54,877 nucleotides of DNA from a virus (lineage: Duplodnaviria > Caudoviricetes). The stretch is taken from the IMG/VR virus record IMGVR_UViG_3300028767_000027, positions 1 through 54,877 of that record. One strand, given 5' to 3'. Made by a program: the position numbers and the translations under genes. Shown piece after piece: positions 9,071 to 18,796 of this stretch. Position 1 is the stretch's first letter, and every line of letters begins with the position of its first letter. The notes under the pieces were generated by a model. It was not told the DNA's origin and ran no database searches. It saw only the letters and a list, made by a program, of their open reading frames with translations.

Positions 9071-9709
9071 ATGAACACATTTATAAAAATACTTGCATCT
9101 ATCTACATTGGCATTCGCAAATTAGGCTATGTAAAATCGTTACTCATTTTAGGTTTTATTATTTTATTACTGGCGGTTAATAGTAAAGTAAATCGTAGCC
9201 ATGAGAGCGATTTATTAGCTACCAAAGTTTTATCAGGAATTAAGCCAATATATCTTACTTATTATACTGGCAAAGTTTTAAATGTCGATTCGTTGTTATC
9301 ATTATATCATAAAGAAACTAATGGTACACTTAAATTAAAACTCATTCTAAACATATCATCACAAATAGAGAATGAACGATCAAGAATTAATCAAATTGAA
9401 TACCCTATATTTAAAGCTAAGACTGATAGTATTAATAGAGCCGATAATATTAAACGTATAGCAGTGTTATCAAAAACACCTAAAGGTCAATTAATGTTAA
9501 ATCATCCAGAATGGTCTGATTATGATTGCCAACGTATAGTTAATAATGAGGTTTGGATTGGTATGTCACTTAGTCAACTTGAATTATCTATTTCGGATAT
9601 TCGATGTGTCAACATTTCTGATTATGGTAGTGGTAAACAATATCGATTTACTGATGGAAATAGTTTTTACTATACCAAGGAAGACTTTATTGTTTATGCT
9701 TATAATTAA
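9071..9709 (+). CDS. membrane-anchored hypothetical protein
   Basis: hydrophobic segment LLILGFIILLLAV; behind promoter at 9023. Confidence 0.75.
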   Translation: MNTFIKILASIYIGIRKLGYVKSLLILGFIILLLAVNSKVNRSHESDLLATKVLSGIKPIYLTYYTGKVLNVDSLLSLYHKETNGTLKLKLILNISSQIENERSRINQIEYPIFKAKTDSINRADNIKRIAVLSKTPKGQLMLNHPEWSDYDCQRIVNNEVWIGMSLSQLELSISDIRCVNISDYGSGKQYRFTDGNSFYYTKEDFIVYAYN

Positions 9710-9716
9710 ATAATCC

Positions 9717-9768
9717 TTGCGACATTCAAGAATATTATTTACATTTGCACCGATCATCTAATTGATCT
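9717..9768 (+). promoter_or_regulatory. Bacteroidota sigma-A promoter plus identical GATCA-N6-TGATC element
   Basis: TTGC at 9717, TACATTTG at 9740, CGATCATCTAATTGATCT at 9751. Confidence 0.65.
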
Positions 9769-9786
9769 AAATATAAAATTATAAAT

Positions 9787-10419
9787 ATGGAACTTAAATT
9801 AAAAACAGAAGAAGGAATGATGATATTTATCTATAATGAGATTATGGATAAGGGTATTTATTTTACGAAGATTCAGGAAGATATTAAAAAAAATCTAAAG
9901 ACATTCGGTGACAATAAGAATGATTTTAATAAAAATGAGTTATCATATATTAAATGGGAATCGCAAGTAGTTGTCACCGAAAAAATGGAAAACGGTAGAT
10001 TTAGGCAGTTTTTGGTTACACCTGAGTCAGTGTGTTCAGAAGAACTTTATGAGATTTTACAGCAAGCAATTGACATAACAATCATGTCAAGTGAACAGTT
10101 AGAACGAAAAGTTGCGTATAATGACGAATCAGATGATCATAAAATTCTTTCAGGCAATATTATTGTTAATATAAATCAGGGCGAGATTAAAAGAAATCTT
10201 CTCATGTATGGTATTGCTTATGATTTTAAAGATAAAAATACTATTTACACCCTGCAAACAACCGAGGATGGCGTTAAATTTGTGGTTGTATTTCATTTAA
10301 CGCTTGATAAGATTAATTTAATATCATTTTTAATAGACTCAGACTCTGTTTATTTAGAATCTCCTGACGATCTTCATGAAATATTGAAACCTGCTTTTGA
10401 ATTGCTTAACGAAGATTAA
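9787..10419 (+). CDS. hypothetical protein
   Basis: 210-aa ORF. Confidence 0.75.
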   Translation: MELKLKTEEGMMIFIYNEIMDKGIYFTKIQEDIKKNLKTFGDNKNDFNKNELSYIKWESQVVVTEKMENGRFRQFLVTPESVCSEELYEILQQAIDITIMSSEQLERKVAYNDESDDHKILSGNIIVNINQGEIKRNLLMYGIAYDFKDKNTIYTLQTTEDGVKFVVVFHLTLDKINLISFLIDSDSVYLESPDDLHEILKPAFELLNED

Positions 10420-10422
10420 TCT

Positions 10423-10992
10423 ATGAATATTTTAGAAATACTCAAAACAATTGCAGAGTCATTATTCAAGTCTGTTATAATGATTATATTTATATTCTTC
10501 TTAAGAAGATTATATTTTAAATTTATTGCAAATCACCTTGGGTCAAAGATTAACGCCAATAAAATTCTCACAGGATATGATATTTTTGTAAATGTAGATT
10601 TAAAAGATTTTAGCACAATATATCTACCAAATGATAAATTGTATAGAGGTGGCATATTAGAAATGAGGTTAATTCGATTTGATGCCAATGGTATGTCTTT
10701 TGCATTATGTGTACCATATATAAGTGGCAATAAGGGATATTACAATCCTGTGAATATTACAGTAGCAACTAAATATATTCCTTATATGGATTTCTGGAAT
10801 ATATTTAAGAAGTTAATACTCATAAACATGCAAGAGACCTATATACCAAATTTATTTTATCAGCATGATATGTATCATGAATTTAAAATTGATTTAAGTA
10901 AAGACTTAACAGATATAATTAATGATAGAATATATATTGAAAGAATGAATATTCAAAATATGATAAATATTAATAAACAAGAGCCATCATGA
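10423..10992 (+). CDS. membrane-anchored hypothetical protein
   Basis: 189-aa ORF, N-terminal hydrophobic helix. Confidence 0.7.
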   Translation: MNILEILKTIAESLFKSVIMIIFIFFLRRLYFKFIANHLGSKINANKILTGYDIFVNVDLKDFSTIYLPNDKLYRGGILEMRLIRFDANGMSFALCVPYISGNKGYYNPVNITVATKYIPYMDFWNIFKKLILINMQETYIPNLFYQHDMYHEFKIDLSKDLTDIINDRIYIERMNIQNMININKQEPS

Positions 10993-11348
10993 CCACACAA
11001 GAAGAGATTTTATCTGATATTAAGAACTTAAGGGTTGACTGTCCAGATTGTCATGGTCTCTATGATGATGATCAGTATACATGCACTACATGTTGGCATG
11101 AGGGTGGTAATGGTAGTATTAATGTTTTTGATTGGTTACAAGAGAATCCAGAGGTGTTAGGAATATCTAAGCCGACTACGTTTAATCCATTAGAAGATAT
11201 TGGTGTGACCATTGAGACAGTTAATACGCAAGATGGTTATTACAAATTGAAGGCTCAATACATTAATGAGTTATTCTATGGGTTTATAACTGTCGTTGAG
11301 TTTGGGTTACAGATGGATGAATTGAATAAAAAGATATTAATTGATTAA
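10989..11348 (+). CDS. CxxC-CxxC zinc-binding protein fused to 6533-type domain
   Basis: CPDC...CTTC plus paralogous C-terminus. Confidence 0.75.
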   Translation: MTTQEEILSDIKNLRVDCPDCHGLYDDDQYTCTTCWHEGGNGSINVFDWLQENPEVLGISKPTTFNPLEDIGVTIETVNTQDGYYKLKAQYINELFYGFITVVEFGLQMDELNKKILID

Positions 11349-11398
11349 GGTTGTAACCTTTATTAGTTCTTCACGTATAATCATTAAAATATAACATC

Positions 11399-12052
11399 AT
11401 GTTTTACAATTGTAATGTGGTTTTGCTTACCACTGATAAAGAAGCTACCATAGGCGACATTATATCTTACCCCAATGGAATATTGGTTGCTAACTGTGAG
11501 CCTATTAATTTGAAGGCTAAGCAGCTTTATGTGACTGTTCCTGATAAGATAAAGGTAGGCGACTGGTGTGTACATGAATTTGGTGATCTTGCTGATACTG
11601 GTCACAGGTTGATTCAGGCGAATAAATCCAATGTAGATTCAATTCAGGAATGGTGGAAAAAGGTTGTTGCTTCAACTGATGTATCTATTGGTTTTCCTAA
11701 TCTTTCGAAAGCATTTGTTAATCTATATACTAAGAGGTATAAGACTAAGCATCATATTGAGAAAGCTACAATTGAGTATGAAAGATGGATTACTAATTTA
11801 GGCAGACCATTTGTCGTCAGGGATGATTATCCTATTACGCAAAAAATATTTGATGATGGCACTGGCATAAGGGTTGTTATCAATGATGATAATACTGTTA
11901 ATATCAAAGAAGCTAAGGAGTCTTGGGATAAAGAAGAAGTATTAGCTGTTGCTTTCAAGGCTTTCTATGAGGGTTATATTGAACATGATAGGTACTGTCC
12001 AGCTGATATTAAAAGGAATTTTGATAAGTGGGCTAAGAATATTGACTTATAG
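11399..12052 (+). CDS. hypothetical protein
   Basis: 217-aa ORF behind promoter at 11352. Confidence 0.8.
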   Translation: MFYNCNVVLLTTDKEATIGDIISYPNGILVANCEPINLKAKQLYVTVPDKIKVGDWCVHEFGDLADTGHRLIQANKSNVDSIQEWWKKVVASTDVSIGFPNLSKAFVNLYTKRYKTKHHIEKATIEYERWITNLGRPFVVRDDYPITQKIFDDGTGIRVVINDDNTVNIKEAKESWDKEEVLAVAFKAFYEGYIEHDRYCPADIKRNFDKWAKNIDL

Positions 12053-12077
12053 TTGTAACCTATTGTCTTTTCATACG

Positions 12078-12113
12078 TATAATCTATAAAATACATATAA
12101 TCTATAAAATACA
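12078..12113 (+). repeat. 18-bp tandem duplication in the promoter leader
   Basis: TATAATCTATAAAATACA x2. Confidence 0.9.
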
Positions 12114-12117
12114 TATC

Positions 12118-12585
12118 ATGATCATACCAATTTATTTAAAGAAAGAGATATTTCAGTTTCTTGTTGATAGGTTTAAGGCAGACCCTGACACGCCAATTCT
12201 TATAGAAACCGTTATGGCAAATTTTCCTGATGTATCGCATATAATCTGTCACCATGCTTTATCTACGTTGAGTGATGAAGGGTTTATTAAATATTTCAGT
12301 ATTCATTTTTTTGATGAATATACCCATGAGCATTCATATAGTGGTAAAGTGATGAAGGCATATAATAGCGACGAGTTGTTGTCGCCGAAAGTAATTAAAA
12401 AGGCGTATACTCTCAGGGAGATTGAGGCGGCAATGAATAAGACGCCAAAGCTGGGAAGGAATGGCTTTTCTAAGTATGAAGATAGATTTATGGAAAACAT
12501 ATCTACTGTTGACGTAAATGAATTTTGGGTGAATTTATTTGGAAAATCTCTTTATAATGAATATAAGAATAGCCGAAATGACTAA
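12118..12585 (+). CDS. hypothetical protein, possible winged helix
   Basis: 155-aa ORF; HALSTLSDEGFIK resembles a wHTH recognition helix and wing. Confidence 0.6.
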   Translation: MIIPIYLKKEIFQFLVDRFKADPDTPILIETVMANFPDVSHIICHHALSTLSDEGFIKYFSIHFFDEYTHEHSYSGKVMKAYNSDELLSPKVIKKAYTLREIEAAMNKTPKLGRNGFSKYEDRFMENISTVDVNEFWVNLFGKSLYNEYKNSRND

Positions 12586-12900
12586 ATTACTAATTAAGCG
12601 ACAGTTTCAATATTATTAGGTGCTGAAAGGCTTGATGCTATTCTCGTAAAGAATTGGGTTGAGTTCAATTATGATTCATCTGAGAATAGTATTAAGCTTC
12701 AATTTCTGGAAAGAGATCATTGTGGCGATAATGTTATTTTTTGCAGTGTGGGTTATGATGTTGATACAAAGAAATGGTTTAGCAATAATTGCATTGACTA
12801 TCCTGAAATACTGTTTGATACCTATGAGGAAATGAAAGACCATTTGGACTGTATTGAATATTTGATAGTCGGGAATGGATTTAGTTTCGCAAATCTGTAA
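12578..12900 (+). pseudogene. frameshifted ~107-codon gene
   Basis: MTKLLI.. then a ~100-codon start-less open frame ATVSILLG...FANL* restored by one extra A near 12597. Confidence 0.55.
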
Positions 12901-12945
12901 CATTTTTGATTTTCCAACGTATATGCAAATATAAATTATAAGACG

Positions 12946-14346
12946 ATGAATAAATTACCTCAATATTTTTGTGTTAAGAATGATGGCAGCAAGTTGTTTA
13001 AGGACACTGTTATTGCATATTTGAATAAAATCTACAAAGAGACTTTACAGGGCGATAGCGACAATTGTTTCTATGGTGTTGATTCAACTGGCTTAGTATG
13101 GAATAACAATATTGATCGTTTTGATGGTAGACCTACGATATTAACCATTGAGGATTTCATTGAAGCTACCACTGTATTTGTTGAATCCGCTAAGGTTGAG
13201 ACAGCATTTGCATTGCCTAAGAATTGGCATATCATCGTTACACCTGAAAACAGGGGAGTTGTGAGTAAATGGAGAATGGAGCATATCAAGAACTCTCACA
13301 CTATTATTGACCTTGGCTTAGCTGTTGGTTGTTGTTCGGGTAGTAATACAAGAGATCATAATCCGAGTACGAATCTTGTAGGTCAGAATTATGACTTTGG
13401 CATTGAAATAACATTTGATCAGTTTAAACAATACGTTTTAAAAGATGTGAAAAAAATCGTTGGGTACAACTTAATTAAGCCACAGTATCAAAAGGCTGCA
13501 ATTGCTATTACTGGATATAACGAGAATTCTATAACGTCGTTTCAAGCATGGATGGTCAAAAATCCAGATGGCGAATTTGCGAAAAAATTGAAAGAAGCAA
13601 ATGTTTTAGATACATGGTTTGAGCCTATTTATGCAAAAAAATCTTATGCTATAGGCGATTGGGTATTCATTACAGGCAAAAGTTTTACAGGTAATGGTTT
13701 AAATTATCGTGGCGATGATGATGGCGTGTTTAAACTATTAGCAATTAACGAAGAAAAGCATCCTAGCGGTCATGCGAGAGAAGACTCTCAATTTATGTTT
13801 GAGTTGAATGGTCATTTCTATCGCACAGCTGACGTCAGTATTCTTAGATTTGCCACAGCAGTCGAAATTTTGAATGCTAAGCATAAAACAATATTGGATG
13901 ACGTTAAAAAGCAATACCCTGTTGGTACTAAGTTTTACCCTGCGCATGTTGGTATTGAATCAGAATATTGCATCGTCACCAATACCAATTTCAGAATTAA
14001 TCTAATGGACGATGACGATGCAATTATTGATTGCGAAGAAATTGATAGCATCATTGCATTGACTGACAGTGCCGAAGAATGGTGTAGTGACGCTAAATAT
14101 GGTAATACCTTATTAAGTCGAACAGTATATAATTGTGGCAAATGGGCGAAAATTGAGAGCAAGCCTATAATTCGAATCAAAGGTTATAATGCAAAATTCT
14201 CTGAGAATGCGGTGTCCTTTGGTTGCCAGAAGTACACAAAGGAGTTTATCATTACACTCAATGATTGCTTGCAAGCTAATGGCTTTAAAATGGATTGCAA
14301 AGACGATATTAAAATAATGTCTGACTGGTTTAACAGTATAAAATAA
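12946..14346 (+). CDS. multi-module hypothetical protein
   Basis: 466-aa ORF built of short modules (LPQYFCV.., LPKNWHI..EITFDQFKQYVL, YPVGTKF..GKWAKI). Confidence 0.8.
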   Translation: MNKLPQYFCVKNDGSKLFKDTVIAYLNKIYKETLQGDSDNCFYGVDSTGLVWNNNIDRFDGRPTILTIEDFIEATTVFVESAKVETAFALPKNWHIIVTPENRGVVSKWRMEHIKNSHTIIDLGLAVGCCSGSNTRDHNPSTNLVGQNYDFGIEITFDQFKQYVLKDVKKIVGYNLIKPQYQKAAIAITGYNENSITSFQAWMVKNPDGEFAKKLKEANVLDTWFEPIYAKKSYAIGDWVFITGKSFTGNGLNYRGDDDGVFKLLAINEEKHPSGHAREDSQFMFELNGHFYRTADVSILRFATAVEILNAKHKTILDDVKKQYPVGTKFYPAHVGIESEYCIVTNTNFRINLMDDDDAIIDCEEIDSIIALTDSAEEWCSDAKYGNTLLSRTVYNCGKWAKIESKPIIRIKGYNAKFSENAVSFGCQKYTKEFIITLNDCLQANGFKMDCKDDIKIMSDWFNSIK

Positions 14347-14459
14347 GACAATGCGAAATATATTTAAATGGGGCGAAGAAGCTGGCGATGAATTAGTTGT
14401 AAATCATTTGATGAATTAGTAACCTTTTTTGCTTTTACACGTATAATATAGAAAATATC

Positions 14460-14870
14460 ATGGATGAATTATTTGTGTCATATGAATTGGCTTTAAAGCT
14501 AAAGGAAAAGGGTTTTAACTTAAACTGTTTCAGGTATTGGAACATCACGCCATTTTTCAAAGTACCATCGTTGTATGGTAGCAGTCTTGATGGCTATAGT
14601 AATCCTTATGCCAGAATAGTTTCTGCTCCGACATATCAGCAAGTCACTGACTGGTTCAGGGACGTTCATAAGATTCATATTTGCGCTGATTTTCTTCCTA
14701 ATACTAAGCAATACGCAACGACTTTTGTCCCAATTTATTTTACTCCTAAGGAATTTGATACCTATAAAGCGTATCATCGTCAACGTAGTGAGTATTCGAC
14801 AACTGAAAAGTTTGACAAATATTATGATGCATTGGCATCATCCATTGAAGAAGCCTTAAAACTTATATAG
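14460..14870 (+). CDS. paralog family A member
   Basis: MDELFVSYELALKLKEKGF...APTYQQVTDWFR. Confidence 0.8.
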   Translation: MDELFVSYELALKLKEKGFNLNCFRYWNITPFFKVPSLYGSSLDGYSNPYARIVSAPTYQQVTDWFRDVHKIHICADFLPNTKQYATTFVPIYFTPKEFDTYKAYHRQRSEYSTTEKFDKYYDALASSIEEALKLI

Positions 14871-14872
14871 TC

Positions 14873-15136
14873 ATGGAACTAAGATATATTATCATTCCAA
14901 TTGGAATTCTACTTTACGTTATTACTTGGATTTTGTCTGTTAGATTACTATACATTGGTATGCGAGATCGAAATGATGGCGAAAATTTCTGGAACGTCAC
15001 ATACAACAACATATACTCAACTGCTTGGATTGCAATGCATGTTTCTGTTCTTATAGCTATTCTTGCTGTATGCATTGGGTATTACATGGGAATTGTATTC
15101 TCATTAATTATTACTGAAATTATAAAATACTGGTAA
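14873..15136 (+). CDS. small two-TM membrane protein
   Basis: two hydrophobic stretches. Confidence 0.7.
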   Translation: MELRYIIIPIGILLYVITWILSVRLLYIGMRDRNDGENFWNVTYNNIYSTAWIAMHVSVLIAILAVCIGYYMGIVFSLIITEIIKYW

Positions 15137-15139
15137 ATT

Positions 15140-15388
15140 ATGAAAGGTATAGATTTTGAGAATATTCTTTTAATGCTAATGCTTGCCATAATCACTTGTG
15201 CGGTAGTTAAATGGAGAATCAATTACGAAATTGAACAAAAGGCTAAGAAGCCAGAATATATTCAGGTGTATAATTCTGAACAGGCTATGATTAGGTTGAA
15301 GCATGAGAAAGAGAAATTGGATTATGGCGTTATAACGCTCGAACGTTATAATCAGATAAGAGACTCTTTAGCTTTGATCATTAAATAA
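15140..15388 (+). CDS. membrane-anchored hypothetical protein
   Basis: N-terminal hydrophobic helix. Confidence 0.7.
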   Translation: MKGIDFENILLMLMLAIITCAVVKWRINYEIEQKAKKPEYIQVYNSEQAMIRLKHEKEKLDYGVITLERYNQIRDSLALIIK

Positions 15389-15678
15389 TATAAGAATTGT
15401 CTATGTAAAAATAAACAGTAACACGTTGGGGATAGATATGCCCATCGCAAAATTCTTTAAATGTTATATGCCTTACTCAAAGGTTGTTTTGTTTTATGAT
15501 AAAGATGCCAATATGAAGATGGTTTGAACGTGGGTTAATCCGCAAGAATCAAGTCCTTAAAGAAGTTGATGGGCTATCACTTTATCTCGTGTGAGATCGA
15601 ATAGATGATTTTTTAAAGGTTACGGAGAATATCTGTAACCTTTTTTGTTTTTACACGTATAATAGAGAAAATAAGATT

Positions 15679-16182
15679 ATGAAGAAAGAATTCACGCATA
15701 ATGATTTATTCTTAAGGAAAGGATGCTACTCTCTTTTGATGGTTGCTAATTTTTGTAAACACAGACCTAATATCATAACTCTTTATGATATAATGACTTC
15801 TGACATTCCATTGACTGATAAACAATGGTTCTTATACCATGAGTGTAGCATTGAGAAACATGAAAGCATGGCGATAACACTGAAAGTATTATATGTTGTT
15901 TTGCCAATGCTTGAAAAAGTTTTTCCAGATGATAAAAAGCCGAGGGAAGCACTTGAAGCATTTGAATTATATATTGACGGAAAAATTAAGATGCGTGACA
16001 TAGTTAATAAGCGTTTCAATCAATATCGTAATTATGACGTGACTGATTATGTGGCAGATGGAATTAATTATGCTTTGGATTCAAGGTTTAGTGCCGCCGC
16101 CAGAAATGCTATTGCTGCAACAATTGCAGACCCTTCATACAATAATGCGGTTTTACAAGTTTTTATTGATAATTGTTTGTAA
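15679..16182 (+). CDS. Imm5-like helical domain protein
   Basis: VLPMLEKVFPDDKKPREALEAFELYIDGKI pattern, Ala-rich C-terminus. Confidence 0.5.
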   Translation: MKKEFTHNDLFLRKGCYSLLMVANFCKHRPNIITLYDIMTSDIPLTDKQWFLYHECSIEKHESMAITLKVLYVVLPMLEKVFPDDKKPREALEAFELYIDGKIKMRDIVNKRFNQYRNYDVTDYVADGINYALDSRFSAAARNAIAATIADPSYNNAVLQVFIDNCL

Positions 16183-16198
16183 TCTTGTATTTATTCAT

Positions 16199-16744
16199 AT
16201 GAAGAACATTAATAAGATTATTTCGAAATGCTTGGAAGAAGATATATTCAGGACAGACAATAGCATTAAGCCATACGAAAAATTAATGATTGATGCAGTT
16301 ATTGCTTTCATGAAGTCAAAGTTTGGCTTCAATGCTACAATCGTTGTCAAGAAGAAAGATAATGTTGGAATGATCGGTGATATCGTATTGAATAACAATT
16401 CCGTTAATCTTAATAAGTTTACCTTGCACTATAATCCTAGTCAGGGCTATCCGTCGATGATCAAATCACTGATACACGAATTAACGCATGTGAAGCAAGT
16501 ATCATCAAAAGAGTTACAACCATCAGCAGATTATAAATCATTGGTCTGGAATACTGATTACGTGCTAAGCGTTAGGGATTATATCAAGACAATGAAAAAC
16601 ATGTCGGCATATAAAGAGTTGCCTTGGGAAAAAGAGGCGTATTCCAACATGAATAGCTTGTACGACGAGTTTATAAATTCTCCTTACTGGACGAATTTAC
16701 GTGGCAAGGACAAAAATATGGATTTTATTATTAATAACTTATAA
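16199..16744 (+). CDS. HExxH zinc metallopeptidase-like protein (start corrected to MKNINKII)
   Basis: LIHELTHVKQ ... LPWEKEAY; GTATTTAT at 16187. Confidence 0.7.
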   Translation: MKNINKIISKCLEEDIFRTDNSIKPYEKLMIDAVIAFMKSKFGFNATIVVKKKDNVGMIGDIVLNNNSVNLNKFTLHYNPSQGYPSMIKSLIHELTHVKQVSSKELQPSADYKSLVWNTDYVLSVRDYIKTMKNMSAYKELPWEKEAYSNMNSLYDEFINSPYWTNLRGKDKNMDFIINNL

Positions 16745-16746
16745 CT

Positions 16747-17106
16747 ATGGTAAATATACAAACAATTATAGCAGAGGAAATTCAATCTCTGAACGAAAAC
16801 ACATACAAGGTTTATCATGGTACTAATGAAAAGTTTGGCAAATTTAGCTTAAATAGAGCCACACAAGGCATCATTTGGTTTACGGATAGTATCGACTCTA
16901 TCACCAAAGGAGAACACGGCGGAATTGGTTCAAAGATCATCATGACAAGGTATATAACAATCAACAAACCAGCTGGCTGGGATGAATACGAAAAGTATGG
17001 TCTTGGTCAATTACGCAACATGGGATATGATGGCGTCATATTGCCACAAGGGGATAAAAATGATTTTATTATATTTGATACAAAAAATATCAAAGTAAAG
17101 CCTTAG
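16747..17106 (+). CDS. ADP-ribosyltransferase-like protein (polyvalent-protein ART type)
   Basis: VYHGT..F..F...GIIWFTDS...GYDGVIL; N-terminal IIAEEI tag. Confidence 0.6.
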   Translation: MVNIQTIIAEEIQSLNENTYKVYHGTNEKFGKFSLNRATQGIIWFTDSIDSITKGEHGGIGSKIIMTRYITINKPAGWDEYEKYGLGQLRNMGYDGVILPQGDKNDFIIFDTKNIKVKP

Positions 17107-17155
17107 TTCTGTAACCTTTTTTGTTTTTATACGTATAACAGAGAAAATAACAACT

Positions 17156-17578
17156 ATGAGAAACTTTTTTGTGCCTTACGAAATAGCTTTAAAGCTTCAA
17201 GAAAAAGGATTCACTGAGAATTGCATATGCTATTTCACTTCACATAAGCTTTTATCGTCTAAGGTCAGTTATTCATCTGGGCATGACTGCGAATGTAAAT
17301 GGGATGCAAAATATGATCTTGAATTAAGAGCACCTTTGTATCAGCAAGTTGTTGACTGGCTTAGGATTAATCATGGCTTAGTACTTGCATATGATATGTG
17401 TGAAATGACATGTTCATATGACCCAACCGAGAAATACCACAAATTCAATTTGTTTAAAATAGTTAATGGCAAAAGCTGCAATGCTCTTTCATACCATGCA
17501 AACCATAGCTGTTTCGATTCCTACTATAAAGCATTTGACTTTATTATTGACGAAGCACTAAATCTTATTATCGTATGA
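17156..17578 (+). CDS. paralog family A member
   Basis: FVPYEIALKLQEKGF...APLYQQVVDWLR. Confidence 0.8.
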   Translation: MRNFFVPYEIALKLQEKGFTENCICYFTSHKLLSSKVSYSSGHDCECKWDAKYDLELRAPLYQQVVDWLRINHGLVLAYDMCEMTCSYDPTEKYHKFNLFKIVNGKSCNALSYHANHSCFDSYYKAFDFIIDEALNLIIV

Positions 17579-18186
17579 AAATAATCAACTCAAAAATTTA
17601 TAAGGGCGAAATATACCAAATCATTGTTGATGCTGACGATTATGATCGTGCAGTTGCTTTTGCTGTTAATGGTTGGGAAATCAAATATACCACTGGCTCG
17701 AATAATCCTTATGTAATGACAAGGAAAACTGTTTTGGTTGACGGCGTAAAGGTTCGGAAACAATATTATCTTCACAGGTTTATAATGAACGTTTTAGACG
17801 ATTCTAGCATACATATTGATCACGAATTCACCAACACCTTAGACAACAGAAAGTCTCAATTAAGGGTTGCTACTAGGTCACAGAACATGAGCAATCGCAC
17901 ATCTAAGAAAACAAGTGCTTGTAAATATCTTGGGGTGTCTTATTGCAAGAGTGTTAAAGGCTTGAAGAAATATCGCACCAACATAAAAGCTGAGAACATA
18001 AAGAATAATATTCATTTAGGCTACTATGCCGATGAAGATAGTGCTGGCTATGCTTACAATCTTGCGGCAGTTCTTGTGCATAAGAATTTCGCCAATTTAA
18101 ACGAAATTGACGAATCAAAGGTTTCCGATAGCCTTAGTATCATGCAATATGTATCATATACATTAAATAAATTCAATTTTATATAA
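17575..18186 (+). CDS. HNH endonuclease with AP2-like DNA-binding domain
   Basis: LHRFIM...IDH...LDNRKSQLR..T..QN, then KYLGV...HLGYY..E..A..AYN. Confidence 0.85.
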   Translation: MKIINSKIYKGEIYQIIVDADDYDRAVAFAVNGWEIKYTTGSNNPYVMTRKTVLVDGVKVRKQYYLHRFIMNVLDDSSIHIDHEFTNTLDNRKSQLRVATRSQNMSNRTSKKTSACKYLGVSYCKSVKGLKKYRTNIKAENIKNNIHLGYYADEDSAGYAYNLAAVLVHKNFANLNEIDESKVSDSLSIMQYVSYTLNKFNFI

Positions 18187-18258
18187 TGAATGAATTACTA
18201 AAGAAGAATTTGATAAGAGATTAATGGGTTCAACTTGTTTAAGAGGCTTTAAAAAGCC

Positions 18259-18423
18259 ATGAATGAGTTAATCTGTCCATTATGCGGTCATGTCTTCCAT
18301 GCCGAGGATTATGATCATGGCTACTGTCCTAATTGCGGATTAGCTGAGTATTATTGGGACGATGGCTGGGACGATGAACTTAAAGAATGCTTCAATTCAG
18401 GATTTTTATGGGGATATTTGTAA
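18259..18423 (+). CDS. small zinc-ribbon protein (54 aa)
   Basis: CPLCG...CPNCG; translated by hand. Confidence 0.65.
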   Translation: MNELICPLCGHVFHAEDYDHGYCPNCGLAEYYWDDGWDDELKECFNSGFLWGYL

Positions 18424-18462
18424 CATTTTTAGATTTTAAACGTAAAAGTAATAAAAATTAGT

Positions 18463-18780
18463 ATGAAATGTAAATTTGAATTAGCATGGATTGGAGTATG
18501 TAATGAAATCGCCGACGAAAGCGGATTTTGTGCAAAGCATAAAGATATAAAATGTGTTAGTTGCGGAAAACAAGCGACGCAACAATGCAGTGAGACAATG
18601 GGATTGGTTTGCGGTGCGCCACTATGCGACGATTGTGAACATACCATTAATGATAACGGATGCAACAGCGGCGGCAATCTGCCTGTAGGCTTGAAAATGC
18701 ATTGCAAAAAAAATGAACAAGTTTATAAACGTTGGTATATGAGATTAAATGAAGATGATTTGTGGACTTTTAACGTATAA
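18463..18780 (+). CDS. Cys-rich zinc-binding protein
   Basis: multiple CxxC/CxxH; behind promoter at 18419. Confidence 0.7.
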   Translation: MKCKFELAWIGVCNEIADESGFCAKHKDIKCVSCGKQATQQCSETMGLVCGAPLCDDCEHTINDNGCNSGGNLPVGLKMHCKKNEQVYKRWYMRLNEDDLWTFNV

Positions 18781-18796
18781 GTAATAAAAAGATACT

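Noticed and set aside
16049-16198. Long N-terminal extensions in the ORF track (also 19588, 31667, 34008, 35368, 44104)
   Set aside because: They overlap upstream genes or promoters; downstream ATGs fit promoter positions and paralog alignments.
18752-18780. ECF promoter at 18774
   Set aside because: CGTATAA is present but there is no TGTAAC at the fixed offset; not counted.
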